Positions 1 through 13,093 of a DNA stretch of 64,000 nucleotides are shown piece by piece. Below the pieces are notes generated by a model. That model saw only the letters and a program-made list of their open reading frames with translations. It ran no database searches and had not been told where the DNA came from. The first letter of the stretch is position 1; every line of letters starts with the position of its first letter. The stretch comes from Trichoplax sp. H2 (taxonomy: Eukaryota). The position numbers were made by a program, and so were the translations under genes. The stretch lies in contig NOWV01000014.1 in NCBI GenBank assembly GCA_003344405.1, positions 248,001-312,000 of the forward strand, written 5' to 3'.

Positions 1-2277
1 CAAATTGGCTAATTTCAATTTTTTCAAACTGCCCCAAAATTCATTGTTGTATTGTAACGCTATTTTTTCTCTGGTGGAAAAACGCAAGGCCCAAAGTTGA
101 CATACAACAGTCATCAATAGCATTGCTAAAATTACCTTATGCAGTAGTTCTCCATCTAAGAGTGGATCAACTGATAGTTAGTTGGCCCCTTGAAGTATTT
201 TTATCATGTCTATTAGTAAGAAATGGGGTCATATTTTAAAGTAAACGCTCCATCGGTTAAGCCATGGGCGGATAACGTGAAAAAAAACTCGGTGACAAAA
301 CGACGCGTAACCAATCGCTTGGTGAGGAACAAAAGGGGGCAACCAAAAATGCTAGAAAGTAGAGAAAACTTTTTTAAAGTTAATCTACTTGATTGACCGA
401 GTTGATAGGAAATTAATACTATCAATCATGATGATTTTTATCCAATTTCTGCTTTTTGGATGCTTTGATCAACCATTTTCTTCCATCATTGAATTGATAC
501 AGTGACCCTATGTGTTTTTTCGCCAGCGAAAAAAAAAGAAAAGTCTTTTTGTCTTGGGGCAATCGGATTTTTTCACGGGCATCGACGTTCGATTTCATTT
601 TGAATTAGAACTATTTCTTGCAATGGTTCAAGGGTAAAGAATTTATAATTTTAACAAGGATAAGAGAGTTGCTATGATCGAGTGATTATTTCAATCCATT
701 CTTATTGAATAACTTGAAAAATAGCTGTAAGAATTTCCATACCTTCCGCAACGATTTTTTTGGGGTGGGGAAAAAGTGGGTGAGAATAAATTCACTTCGC
801 GGTCAAATTTTGGAGGGAGATCGATATTTTTAGTGGAAATTTTGACTTCCTCTTGTTTAAATTATTATTTTCTTACGCAGTGGATGTACTATCATCTTGT
901 CTATGCTCGAATTGTGTCAAAACTTTCCCTATCTATTTTTCGCCATACAACAACAATTTCGCTTTTAATAAAAAACACTTTTACGCTCGACTCCATTGTT
1001 ACACACGTACTTTTATGTGCAACTATCGTCTTCTCTACGCTTGATGATATTGTCCAATAAATACTTCCTTGCTGAATATTGCTTGATAGATCAATAACTT
1101 AACTAAAATAGATTGCATTAGCTTACAAATGTGAACAAATTGGGAATAGCTTCACGAATACTAGACACTTTTTGTTGATAGCTAAACTTCGACACCACGA
1201 CATTACCATAAGGAGTGACTACTACTACCGTTCTACTTGATATCATTTTAATTAAATTTTAAAATTATCATGTCTAAACATTGTATTTTACAATAATAAA
1301 AATTGAAATAAAAAACTATTAAAATATTCTTTCCTAATCGTCTCGCAATTACTGTTGATGAGTATGCATGATATCGTTTCATAGACATAAATTACGACAA
1401 GATTGGAGCTGTACTGTAGTAGATCATCATTCCCGTCTGCGATAACTTTTGAGTTTGCTGTGACTAATTTTAGCAATCGCATATTGTAATCTTGCCAAGT
1501 AGTTGATCTAGTCAAAGAATTGCGTTCCTGTAGGATAGGATTGCAATCTTTTACTACATGCATGCAAAATTACCTTGCTAACTGCAATCGAGTTATACGC
1601 CTTAATGAATTATAGACGTAAAAGTAGATGACTAACGGTAGGTAGAAAAATATGTTGGTTTGCATTTAATGCTCAACTGTTTCCTTACTGTCACAAAGCC
1701 GAGAAATGCTTTGAATACCTTATAATTTTCTCGACTTAGTAGCTCATAATTAACACATTTCAAATGGAAGCAGTAAAAGTAGTTGCAGGAAATAAGATGA
1801 TAAACGTTTTCTTTATTCAATTGCTTACATAGCCATAACGAAATATCCCAAAACATCCTTCTTCGCCTACCATATATACACTAAAATTTTCTAAAACCAT
1901 TGATCGATTCATCAAGGCCGTAACTGAAAACTATACCCAATACACAAACAAAAAATCTCCGGTATCATTCCAATTCGATAGTGAAGACTGAGAGGGAAAA
2001 AAGAGTTAAAAATTTCCGAACTAAACATAATTACAGTATTTGTAATGTCGTTTAATAACGAAGGTTGAATAGAATAACTTTAATTTTCTTGATATTTTTC
2101 TGCAAATGTTGGTTTGTAAGCCGATCGGATTGCCGTAAGAGTTGGATGGCAGACGATGAAATAAAATCGATAGCCAAATACAGTCATGTAACAACGAGTG
2201 ATACATAAACTGGCATTCATGGCTACTGTGCAAGATAATAACATTAACCTAAATGCCACTAATAATTCAAATAAACA

Positions 2278-5200
2278 TTAAACAAGATCTTTATCTTCTA
2301 AGTAACGATACTCGAAGGTAAAGCCTTCTTTCTTCCGTCGTTGCCACTTTTCAAAATCGAAATAAACGTAAGTTCCCTAAATTAAAGTTTTGATAACAAT
2401 AAATTCATGTAGTGAGTACTACAATATGTATAATAATGTATATATATATACATTAGGCTGATGGAGTTATGAATAGCCTGTCATTTATAAGATTGAATGA
2501 ACATTCCTCTAGTGTAAAGTAAACAAAATGAAAGGCAATTCGATTAAAATAGTCTCTGTACCTGTTCGAATTCTTCTGTAATCTGCTTAGGCTCTTCGTG
2601 ACGTTGAAACCACATCATGTACTTGGTATGAAATCTCCATGACAACTTTTTCAAAGCCTTAGCTGCTAAATACTGGGCTCTTGTTCCCTGCAATAGAATA
2701 CCATGCATTATAATTTGCAAATAAAGCAAACTGAATAATATACTTCATTCTCGCTTAAATTAATGTACTAACTTCAAGATAGTAAAAGATAAAGAATAAC
2801 GACTCTGGATGTAAGCGTTGAAAGTACTCAAAAGAATCTGAATGTGCAGGTGGATTTAGATAATGATACGCTGGGATTGGACATGGATTCTTTGGTAGGT
2901 ATGTTCTACGAGTATAAGAATTTAGACATAGAGTCACAAATATTAATAAAGCCATTAACCCCTTAAATCAAATAGTTACATATAAAGTGGTCAATTTTTT
3001 GAATCAAGATATGTTGCCACCATACCTAACACGGTGAGAGTCAATGGGTTGAGGAATATGATGATAAGCCGATTCTAACATTGCAAGTTGATAGCATTTC
3101 TCCTTATTTAAAGGTACAGGTCCAAGAGGAGCAACACCAAGTATAGGTTTCACACTGATATCCGGTAGCATTGAATCAGTTGAACTATCTTCATTAAGTT
3201 TTGCTGCACTTACTGGCAAAATACCTGCAATAAATGAAATAAAAGGCCCCAGTTCATCTATTAAAGCAAAAATCGCAAGAGTTACGATAAGCATTCTACC
3301 ATAATTTACTTACTATTCTCTTGGCCAAAATCTAAAGGTACATGATTTGTTACTGATGGAGTTGAAGAGCGTGAATTGCTACTAGGTACAGTTGAATTAC
3401 TTTCTTGTACAGCTTCAACCGCCTGTAAGATAATATAAATGTTCCGTTAATCCCAAATTTATTGCATCATTAGTTTTGTTATGCTTCGATTTCCGTACCT
3501 CAAAAGCAGTTCCTTGAAGTTTTGTTACGGAAGCAACCGGTGACATAGAGGTCTGCGATAGTGTCGTAGCAGGTTGAGATAAACTCGAACTATCATTATT
3601 ATTACTATTATTATCGCCAGGTATTCCAACTATTGAAGGCGATATCGCCGAGTTAGGAATCGAACCTACTCCAACATTAGAGGAACTCGTCGCACTAGCA
3701 TAGCTATATACGTTAGTTCTGGTCGTTAAATTCTCTTCAGATAAATGACGTTGAGGTAGACTAGGTGATGGAGCTGGGGATGCAGAAACAGGTAATGGTG
3801 AAGAAGATTCCGACGTTTTGGTCGATTGCGAACTAGATATGGAAGGGCTATTTTGACCCTCTAAAAATTCTGCAGCATCTACAAAATCAGGATAGTTCTT
3901 GTCATATAGAATTCTGTATAGCATGCAGCATCAAAAGTATTCACGATGTAACAACTCTATAATATTCGCACCGTAATTGACAGAACTATCTTGTTTTACA
4001 CCCTGCTTTTTTGCTAATCCACCAGCAATTGTTGCATATCCTGTCATCCCGGTTGTTGAAGTCGCTATTGCGGATGTTACAGCACTTTTTGCGTTCGATT
4101 CAGAAACTGATGTACCTTTGCTACTAAATAATCCAAAATATAAAGCTCATTATAATGTTTTTCTACCTTAGAAAAGTCATGCAATCATGTAGCCAGTAAT
4201 TATTGTATTATACCTTGATGACATGAGATCCTCGCCGTTACTTGAAAGTGGAGTAGAAGCTAAAATTTTGTCGGAAACAACAATTATATTATAATGAAGA
4301 GTCGCACAACCTTTCAGAGTCCTCCAACATTATCAGTAATAAGGACTGAGATATAATAGTTCATTTACCATTTGATTTTATCTCGCTTGTGCTTGTGATT
4401 GATGCTGTGGTTGTCACTGCTGAAATGATAGTCGTTGGAGTTGAGCTTGAAGGAGAAATGGTCGATTTCTGAGATGAACGTTGTCCACCGTTATCTTTCG
4501 AATTTCTTCCTTTTTTAGAACCAATCTTAGAAAAACATTAAAATGGACGGTACGGTATAAATAAATAAAAAAATATGATGACGTACATAACAATTATAAT
4601 AATAAATTCATAGGTATTATATAAAATTTAACGACTACTTTAAAAGTAGAAAAATATGATTAAGTTTACATACATCGATAGGATCTGATTTGGCTGGTTT
4701 CTTCTTATCGTCTACATCGTACTGCAATAGAGTTGGAACGGATTTTAAGAATATTGGCATCGTAACACTCCTTACAATAATTATATTGTACCTGCTTTGA
4801 AGGAGTTCCAGAAATTGCTGAAACTGGCGTTGTCCCTATAATTATTATACATGTATTAATACAATCTTTTAATACCATACATTGTTATGTAATGCTCAAA
4901 AATGTAACGAATAAATTATATAGACGTGCAACCCATATTATCAAATAGAATCTTTGTAAAGAAGATGCAATAGAGAGCTAATTTAATCATAGTAACAAAC
5001 CATGGCAGAAATTTTACAGTAAAATATAGATTTTAAAACAGCATTTCACACTAAATAGGTATGCTAACCTTGAGCTACATCATCTAAATTTAAAGCATCA
5101 TACATGTCTTCATTTTCGATAAAATCAGGATCCTGTATTATCATAGAATTGAGCGACATTAGATGAAAACTGTAATAATCCTACACCAAGATGCTAACAC

Positions 5201-8200
5201 TAACCTGGCAATCGTTTACATAGTATTCGACATCTTCTTGGAGGTCTTGGACCTATTATTAGCGCATAATGGAAAATTATACAGATGGAATGACTATCGA
5301 GTAAAGTATTGTGGAATACTATACCGCGTCTGGGGAAAGCGTATTGTTTTCCAGGAGTCTCATTACTAACTAGTGATAATTAAAAGGTGTAACATTAGAA
5401 CTGCGTTTACATTAAATCAAAACCGATAAAGTTAGCCTACTTCCAAATTTGTGATGTGATAGTTATGTTTTTCTACTAGTTCCTTTAAACTCTCGATTCT
5501 ATCACTCCGCTGTTAGATACACATAGCAAAAAAGATAGGTAAATAAAAAAAAATTATACAAAGATCCAAAAACTGAGCTCTATCGTAAAGCATCAACGCT
5601 TACTTCCTTGTCCATTTTCTTCTTTTTCGTTACTGCACTCATTGCCTCAATTTCTGATTCAAATTGATCGACCTGTAAGAGTTGCATATTCAGGGTAAAT
5701 TAAGTCGATTTAAGAGCAAACGATATGTTCCACTATAGCAAGAAATTGACAACTATTTTGCTACTTTACCTGTCTTCGGAGGTCGTCAATGGAATTCTGG
5801 AGATTCAATACAATACAATGAATATCATGTGTATTAATCTCAAAGAGTGCGCAATAAATTGCTCAATATTCAAATGATTCAGTATAATATTCTTCTAAGC
5901 CTACCGTTAGCCAGTGCCTAATTTTCACCTTTACTTTTTCCATAGGGTCTAGCCTAGTTGTCATACCTAAACCTAATATTAAGCAGAGAAAGAGTAAAGC
6001 AAAAGGTATCAGAGTGTGCAAGGATAATAGGATTGGTTGGTTATAAAATGGTCGTGGTAAAATTACTAAATATAGATTGATAATAGCAGATTCTATTTTG
6101 AATTATGATATAAACAATATACTCGCAACTCGAACTATGGTATTAAGGCAAAAAAAGCTTCACGTAAATACTCAGTTATGTACCTTCTTTAGAATATGCT
6201 TTAGTTTTTGTTTCTCTCTCCACTACCTTAAATCTCTCCATTTGCTAGGTAAATAATTCAAATAGGGGTGGATGAATTCATTATTTCAATGATTCGTATC
6301 GCTTATAGTCAGTCAAGGGAAAAAGGCTTTGAAAGACCAAGCAGTTATGATTGATTTGTTAAAATGAGAAATACCTGTTCAATTAATTTTCGGTAGTCGA
6401 GTAAATGCTTTTTATCTTTGACATCATTGGATGATAACCAACTTTTCAGTTGATCTCGATGTCGCTGTATAGGTGGTAAATAAAATAAGTCATTGATTAA
6501 CAATCAATTTCAGAAAGACATTGAAATAAAAAATTTCACGAGCAAGTCGCTTACCTGCAATTTTTTAATTTCTTTCTTTAAATCTGCCTCATACTTTTCT
6601 TTCTGATTGGTATTGCTGGCATTATTTAACTACAAGTCCGCAATAAATAATAATTATGTTCTAATTCATTATATCATGCTGGATTGCTTAAGGTAGTCAA
6701 AGCATTGATGATATATGTTTGATGTACATCACAACAGCCGATGAGTGTGACGACACAAAAATGTTGCGAAATTCACTCACTGCCATCCCATGCGAGAAAG
6801 AGTTAAAGCAAAGAGAATGTTTTATGGCAATACTTTTATAATCAATTTTAGTATATTATCCATGCATATATCATACTGTAGACTATTCAATCGGTAAATA
6901 TTATCATTCATTTTATCGTTGGCAAATCCAATTTTTTTTCAAATACTGAGAAAATTAGATCATTTATTGCAAAGTTTTAATTGTTATTCTTTAATTATTT
7001 CTTGAATAGGATTCGATTGGAATATATTACTATGCCGTAGAATCAACGACAAGGTAAATTATTAAACCGTTATTTCGATTCGATCGTATTATGAAGAGTA
7101 AGCGTCTACTACGGGCAAAGTTCTTCTATTTCGTTGTCAAGTTCGTAGTTGATGCCTTATTTTTAATATTACTGTACTAGTCCATCATTATGTATGAGAG
7201 TATTAAAAGGCGCAGATATACGTACAAGTACTCGTATAGTAGTATAACAAGGATACTTCCAATCGCCTAAGTAACTGAAATCGCTAGCATTACACTGATC
7301 GCTTGGTCCATTTCAATTAATCATTTCAGTAGTAAATGTAATTTCAATGGCATGTACAGTTAGCATTTAATGTAAAATTACTAATTACGACACTGAATAG
7401 AATCGATTAGTAGTGATTCATAAAGGGCTGTTTTAAAAAAAATTAAATTATACAGTATTGCCGTCTATTCATGCCACCTTCTAGGTTAACTAGTACAAGT
7501 ATTTGTTTGAAAATTTTGATCTAAAATACTACTTAGCGTGGGCTACAAGATAATCACAGGTGCCCAGACATTATCGTAGTCCCCAATTTCTATTACTCAT
7601 GGCAGACGGAGCACAATTTAATTATTTACGATGGTGAAATTTAGTCAAGAAATAAAATACTGATCAATCGATTCAATGTCGCCAATTACTCGTACCTTTT
7701 TCCAGACGTCTTCGAACGTTTCAATACCTTCGTTGACTTTTTTAATACAACGGTCAATTTCCACTTGATGATGAAATGATAGAAAGAGAAAGTATAGCAA
7801 AAAAATGAATAATACGGTCAATACATCGTATAATATGATTAAAGTCATAATGTAATTCAATTCATAATTTCATCTACAAGACCATTTCCCACCGACGATT
7901 GTCGTTACAAATCAAGTAAACGATGTGAATATTTTTTTGGTAGACAAGAGTAAAAGACAGTTTTGAGTGAGTGGGCTAATTAATATATATATACGATCTC
8001 GTCAAATTAGGGTTAATAGGAAAAGATAAACTACGCGTGGTGGACAGTTGTTGATATGACGACAGTATAGTAAAATAGTGGTATGGAAAACGCCAAGAAG
8101 ATGACTGAAGATATTGTAAGGAATAATTTCCTACAGCGACTTTATTCATTTGCTAATAAGTGAAGGTGAAATTTCATCGACCTCAATGTGTTATCTAAAC

Positions 8201-10228
8201 AAAAATCATGGACTAAAAGATGATTACAACTACTGATCCAACGCCTAGAGAGAGAAAATGGTGGAGCGAGTATGTAGAAGAGATTGATCTGATTGGAAAT
8301 GTTCTAGTCCAATAATATTACAATTTAGTAATCATCGAGTACGAGCCAGAGTAAGATAACCATCCATTCTACGGTCATTTGTGACACAATTTAAAACAGT
8401 GTAGTCTGTTATCAGGCAGAAAAATGCTTGGGAAATATTTCTATCGTCCATTTTGGAAGCAGTAGACCTACTCTGATTGTTTATGATTAATGACATGTAG
8501 CCGAATAAAACCTCATTACAGTGGCATTTCCTTCAGCAACATTGTTTAATTATCATGACGCTGTTTTGACTAGACTCCTTTGGCTTTCAACAGTAAACTG
8601 TAATCAAACTCTCCACTGGATGATTGAATTGAAGCGTAATAAGTAATCAGGGCTAGTCATACTGTAGTGGATTAGGGTACACATAGACTCAAAAATGCTT
8701 TCATTACTCTATTTCATCGTCTTCTTGTTTATGATTGTAATGAAAGACCCAATAAAAAAAAAAGTCTCTCTTTTCGTTTTCTCCCTCAATACAGTAGGCT
8801 ACTATAGTCCATTTGTATCCTTGTAGCGAGCAATCCATGAAGTCAATACTGTTGGCAGCGTTGTTCACAAATCAATGTTGAATGTTATGGTCAAATGGCG
8901 TAACGTCGTCCGCCATCTATCATTTCCAATGTTGAATAATATTAAATACGGCAATGTCGATGAAGTATGATTTGCCCTAGCTGGACTGTACAGCATGTAT
9001 TTTCCTAGTGTGTCAAAATAATGTAGGCTATAACTGAATAAGTACTGATTGGGATGAAAATTTGCACTGTTATAAGCTAGAATATCGAGCAATTGTGGTG
9101 TTTTCCAAACCGTCATCAGCATGGATCAAGTGATCATCTACTGATGGTGGATAGAGCGTGTCATGGGGGTCCAAGCTAGACTGTCTCTCTCTCTTTCCTA
9201 ACCTGTAATGTAGACTACAGCTGTAGAAATATCCATTTTCATAGTAAGATTGTCTATTTAGAGTGGATTTATTGTAGACTAGTCTAGTAGTACAACTGGA
9301 TCGATCGATCAAGTGGTCATCGATGCTTGATGAAAGGATAAACCCGCTTTAGTTGGAGTGTATTGAACGAGTTCTTTCCTACCGTCGTGTTTGATGTCGA
9401 TTACAACTCAAGTTATAACAATTGAAATCAAAATGATAACCTTGACAAAGGTATGATGGACCAACTAGGATTGTAGAAGAGCTCTTGCCTATCTGCTTCT
9501 TCTTCTGAACTGCTTTGATCGTATTCTTCAATCGTCGATGAGCACCATTGGCAACAAAGAAGACACTAAGCTGATCACTGGGCCCCGTCGTAGTCCTTGC
9601 GTATGACTGACTGCTAGGAGTAGTACTATTGGAATACCGTGGACAAGATAGAATGGGAATCCTTTTACTTGGTGTCAAGTTATCTCGCCTACAATGGATT
9701 TTGTTGTAGCGTTGAAGTAGGAAAACTACTACCATGTTGTTATACTATGGCTTACGATCATCCACTTGCTTTCCATGTTGCTATTGTAGCGTTGCAAAAG
9801 GCCACTGTTTCTCTCTTACTACAGTATTATTCTACGGCCAAGCGCAAGCTGACGATGGACTCCTTTCTTTAACAGCTCTTCATCCCCTCATCCACTCGTC
9901 GATAGTCCTACTCTTGTTGCCCTATCGTCTATCATGATACAAGATGCAAACCATGTTGATAGACTGTATAGCTAAGCTACTCCTGTGTGGCAAATGATGC
10001 CATGATAAAGTGAACAAGGAGGAGAAGAGTGGCATCAAGTTATCAACCTCTTGATCATCTCTTAAGTCGACTCTTGCTGTTCAACTAGACCCCTGACCCC
10101 TGGCAAGCCAGTATCCCCTTCACTTTTGTCCATTGTAGATGAAATTGTCTACACTCTCTCCATTAAAATACACCTTGCATCATGATAAACAGTCTCCGCT
10201 TACCTTGTAACCTTCTTTTATCTGCCAT
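2278..10228 (-). CDS. CNOT3: CCR4-NOT complex subunit 3 (about 23 coding exons)
   Basis: Exon 1 (10204-10228, MADKRRLQ) splices to 7696-7763 ([23 protein letters not shown]), giving the Not3 N-terminal domain. A Ser/Pro-rich middle lies at about 3300-4830. The C-terminal NOT-box reads [31 protein letters not shown] and [32 protein letters not shown], with TAA at 2278-2280. The junctions checked are GT-AG and in phase. Confidence 0.97.
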
Positions 10229-10386
10229 CGCATCCAACTAACCTCTCCTTTAACTTGTCGAACCTGCAGTTGCCAACTTTGTTGACCATACTACTAGACG
10301 CCGCTAACCGTACTGTGGCTTGATAGTCCGATCCGCTTAGACTAGTACTGTATGGGGCTGGTGGGCGACGACGTGATCGCTGCAGT

Positions 10387-10396
10387 CAAGATGGCG
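10387..10396 (+). promoter_or_regulatory. YY1-like motif CAAGATGGCG in the GC-richer region upstream of CNOT3
   Basis: Matches the YY1 core AANATGGCG, about 160 bp upstream of the CNOT3 ATG. Similar motifs occur at 12831 (CGCCATTTT) and about 34026 (CGCCATTTTG). Motif match only. Confidence 0.4.
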
Positions 10397-10899
10397 TCGA
10401 GTACAGTGGAAAGTCTACAGTACAAGAAGGTGTCGGCGCCTACAGTACAATATACTGTAGGCAAGGGCTCACACTCAGAGTAGTCTGCGCCGTTCAGTAC
10501 TAAAGATAGACTACTTTATACTGCACGCTCGAGTTGGACTGTCGAGTCTGCCACCATCGACATTGCCAAGGGTGGTGGTTGATGTGTTGAAGCCAGTCGA
10601 TGCCGTTGGCCAAACTGACACTCGATTCAACCACACTTTGACTCTTGTTCTATACAGTATACTACCAGTAACGCCACCACTGGACACGGTGAAGACGAGA
10701 CTGCGCAGTGCCTTGCACGGTCATTGTATTGTAATCCATTGTAAACCGAACCGAACCGAACCGTACCGTCACTGTGATAAAAGCCTAGCTGGGCGGTCAA
10801 GGACTGCAGTAATGGGAAAAGAGAAAGATTCTCTTTTCGACCAGGCGTTGGTATCTGATCTACAGTATGTTTACAGTAGTAGTCCATGGTACTGCGCAG

Positions 10900-11900
10900 A
10901 GTGGCACAACATTTGCATATTCAATTCATGCATTCATGGATGGATAGCAATAGTTAGGGCGACTTGGTTCAACAAGCCAAGAAATCTACAAGCTATCCAA
11001 GTATAGCAGTGAAAACACCTTCCTGTAGTTGAGAAGCGCAGCACAGTTCTGCAGTACTGTCCATTGTGAGTGTAGACTCTGCACTAGCATCTATACTGTA
11101 ATACTATGCTCTAGTACACGCAAATGGACTGATGCTCAAAATGCGAGTAGTACAACATTTGCATATTCAATTCATGCATTCATGGATGGATAGCAATAGT
11201 TAGGGCGACTTGGTTCAACAAGCCAAGAAAACTACAAGCTCTCCAAGTATAGCAGTGAAAACACCCTGCTTGAGAAGCGCAGCACAGTTGTAGCAGTTCT
11301 GCAGTACTGTACAAGTGTACATTGTAAGTGTGGACTCTGCATTAGCATCTATACTGTAATACAAGTAAATGGACGGATGCTCAAAATGCGAGTTGTAGAA
11401 CTCTTGCATATTCAATTCATGCATTCATGAATAAATAGCAATAATTAGGACGACTTGATTCAGGAAGCCAAGAAAACTACAAGCTATCCAAGTATAGCAG
11501 TGAAAACACCCTCCTGTACTTGAGAAGCGCAGCACAGTTCTAGCAGTCTGCAGTACTGTCCATTGTCAGTGTAGACTCTGCACTAGCATCTTTACTGTAG
11601 CACTATACTGCGCAGTATACTGTACTGTAGTACAAGCAAATGGACGGATGCTCAAAATGCGAGTAGCAGAACTCTTGCATATTCAATTCATGCATTCATG
11701 AATGAATAGCAGCAATAATTAGGGCGACTTGATCGAAGAAAACTACTAGCTAGCTATCCAAGTACGGCAGTGAAAACACCCTCCTGTACTTGAGAAGCGC
11801 AGAACAGTTCTAGCAGTCTACAATACTGTACTGTAGTACTGTACATTGTGACTGTAGACTCTGCACTGTACAGGACTGTACTGCAAATGGACTGGATGCC
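10900..11900. repeat. Tandem array of 4 copies of a ~246-271 bp unit between the divergent CNOT3 and CEP131 genes
   Basis: The anchor TTGCATATTCAATTCATGCATTCATG starts at 10913, 11159, 11404 and 11675. The remainder of each unit (AGCAGTGAAAACACC...TTGAGAAGCGCAG...GACTCTGCA...AAATGGAC) is also shared. Confidence 0.95.
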
Positions 11901-12262
11901 CGTAGTGAGAGTGTGAGAGTGAGGTATTGTACCAGCGCCAGCAGACGTTCAAACGCTCAGTGGAACTGCTGTCCAAAACTCCCCATGTTGAACTAGTCTG
12001 CAGCTTTTTTTCATCCAAAGGTGAAAAAAATCCCTTTCCTCTTTCCATCCACGTGCTCACGTCTCTTTGGCTTTCCTTTTATTGCCTTAGAGTATAGCAA
12101 CCGCAAATTAGCAAGTATCCCTTTACTGCTGATGCTACTCTATTCCATGCTAAATAGACCTTAGCTTTGTAGTAAAATCAGTACTCGATCCAAGCTTATC
12201 CCCCCAAATGACTCGTCTTGTTCAACATCTTATCCATCAGGTCGAAGGGCCATCGACTGTAC

Positions 12263-12295
12263 TGTACATTCTACACTAAGAGTGTAGAATGTACA
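12263..12295. repeat. Perfect inverted repeat with a 15-bp stem and 3-nt loop
   Basis: TGTACATTCTACACT-AAG-AGTGTAGAATGTACA. Confidence 0.9.
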
Positions 12296-12701
12296 TATAG
12301 AAGTGTCCCTACAGTGTACATGGCTGTTTAGTATGGCACTCGAGAGCCTGCTTTAGCACTCTCAAACAGTACCAATTTAGTAAAGTATACTGTATGTATA
12401 CTTCTTCCTGACTGGACCATGGACCCCTGGCTTGTTAACAACTTGCACTGGAGGATTTTCCACTTATAGTCAGTACTGACTGTATCATTTTGCTGACATG
12501 CAACATCGATGAGAACGCTAAACTGCAGCTGTACAGTACTTAGCTGTCCAGTAGATGGACCTCTGCCTTGCTTGTAAACAAATACCACGATAGACAGACA
12601 GTAGACGTACAGAATCATAGATTTACAACGCCAACTACAACTACTATATGGACGTAGAGAGTAGATTCCTGCTTGCAAGCAAGATGAGAAATAGTGACAT
12701 T

Positions 12702-12932
12702 TTAACCCTTCTAATGCTGAGTACTATTTTAAGAAGAAATTTTTTCAAAAACGAAGCGATTTTTTAGCTTTAAAACCTTGTAAAAGACTAATTTATAGTG
12801 CTAAAACTGCAGGATAACGTCCATCTTGTTCGCCATTTTAAATGCTTCTAGTATAAACTGAATTGTTTCCATACGGCAACAAGAAGTCTAAGAGCAACTG
12901 CGACAGCGGCTGCGCGACTAATAAAGGGTTAA
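12702..12932. mobile_element. Candidate non-autonomous piggyBac-like (TTAA) mini-element, 223 bp plus flanking TTAA
   Basis: TTAA|CCCTT at 12702-12710 and AAGGG|TTAA at 12924-12932. The terminal match is short and no second copy is present in the window. Confidence 0.3.
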
Positions 12933-13079
12933 ACTACAGCAGCATTACTCTAGTGGGCAAGATGACAACGCTAACTGCAACTTCCACTTGAACTGTATAG
13001 GATTTTATCCATTGCCTTCGCACCTACAGTATGCCCAGTACCATCGAGAAAATTTGAAAACGTCACGCTTGCGCAATGA

Positions 13080-13093
13080 GTAACCTTGGAAAC
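13080..13093. promoter_or_regulatory. RFX X-box-like motif upstream of CEP131
   Basis: GTAACC-TT-GGAAAC has the 14-bp X-box geometry. A second, long-spacer version GTTTCC-ATAC-GGCAAC lies at 12865-12880. Confidence 0.6.

Noticed and set aside
1-1570. Splice-like signals and short ORFs on both strands (e.g. the + acceptor at 880; ORFs 776-1060 and 1288-1563)
   Set aside because: Several mutually exclusive exon chains can be built and none gives a recognisable protein. The first ~850 bp has many homopolymer runs suggestive of low-quality sequence. It may be the end of a neighbouring gene but cannot be supported.
8865-9937. Overlapping ORFs of 67-118 aa
   Set aside because: They lie in CNOT3 intron 1, resemble no protein I know and form no coherent splice chain.
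10563-12678. ORFs such as 10563-11006 (147 aa), 11215-11424 and 12328-12678
   Set aside because: These arise from GC-richer upstream sequence and the tandem array, and show no domain features.
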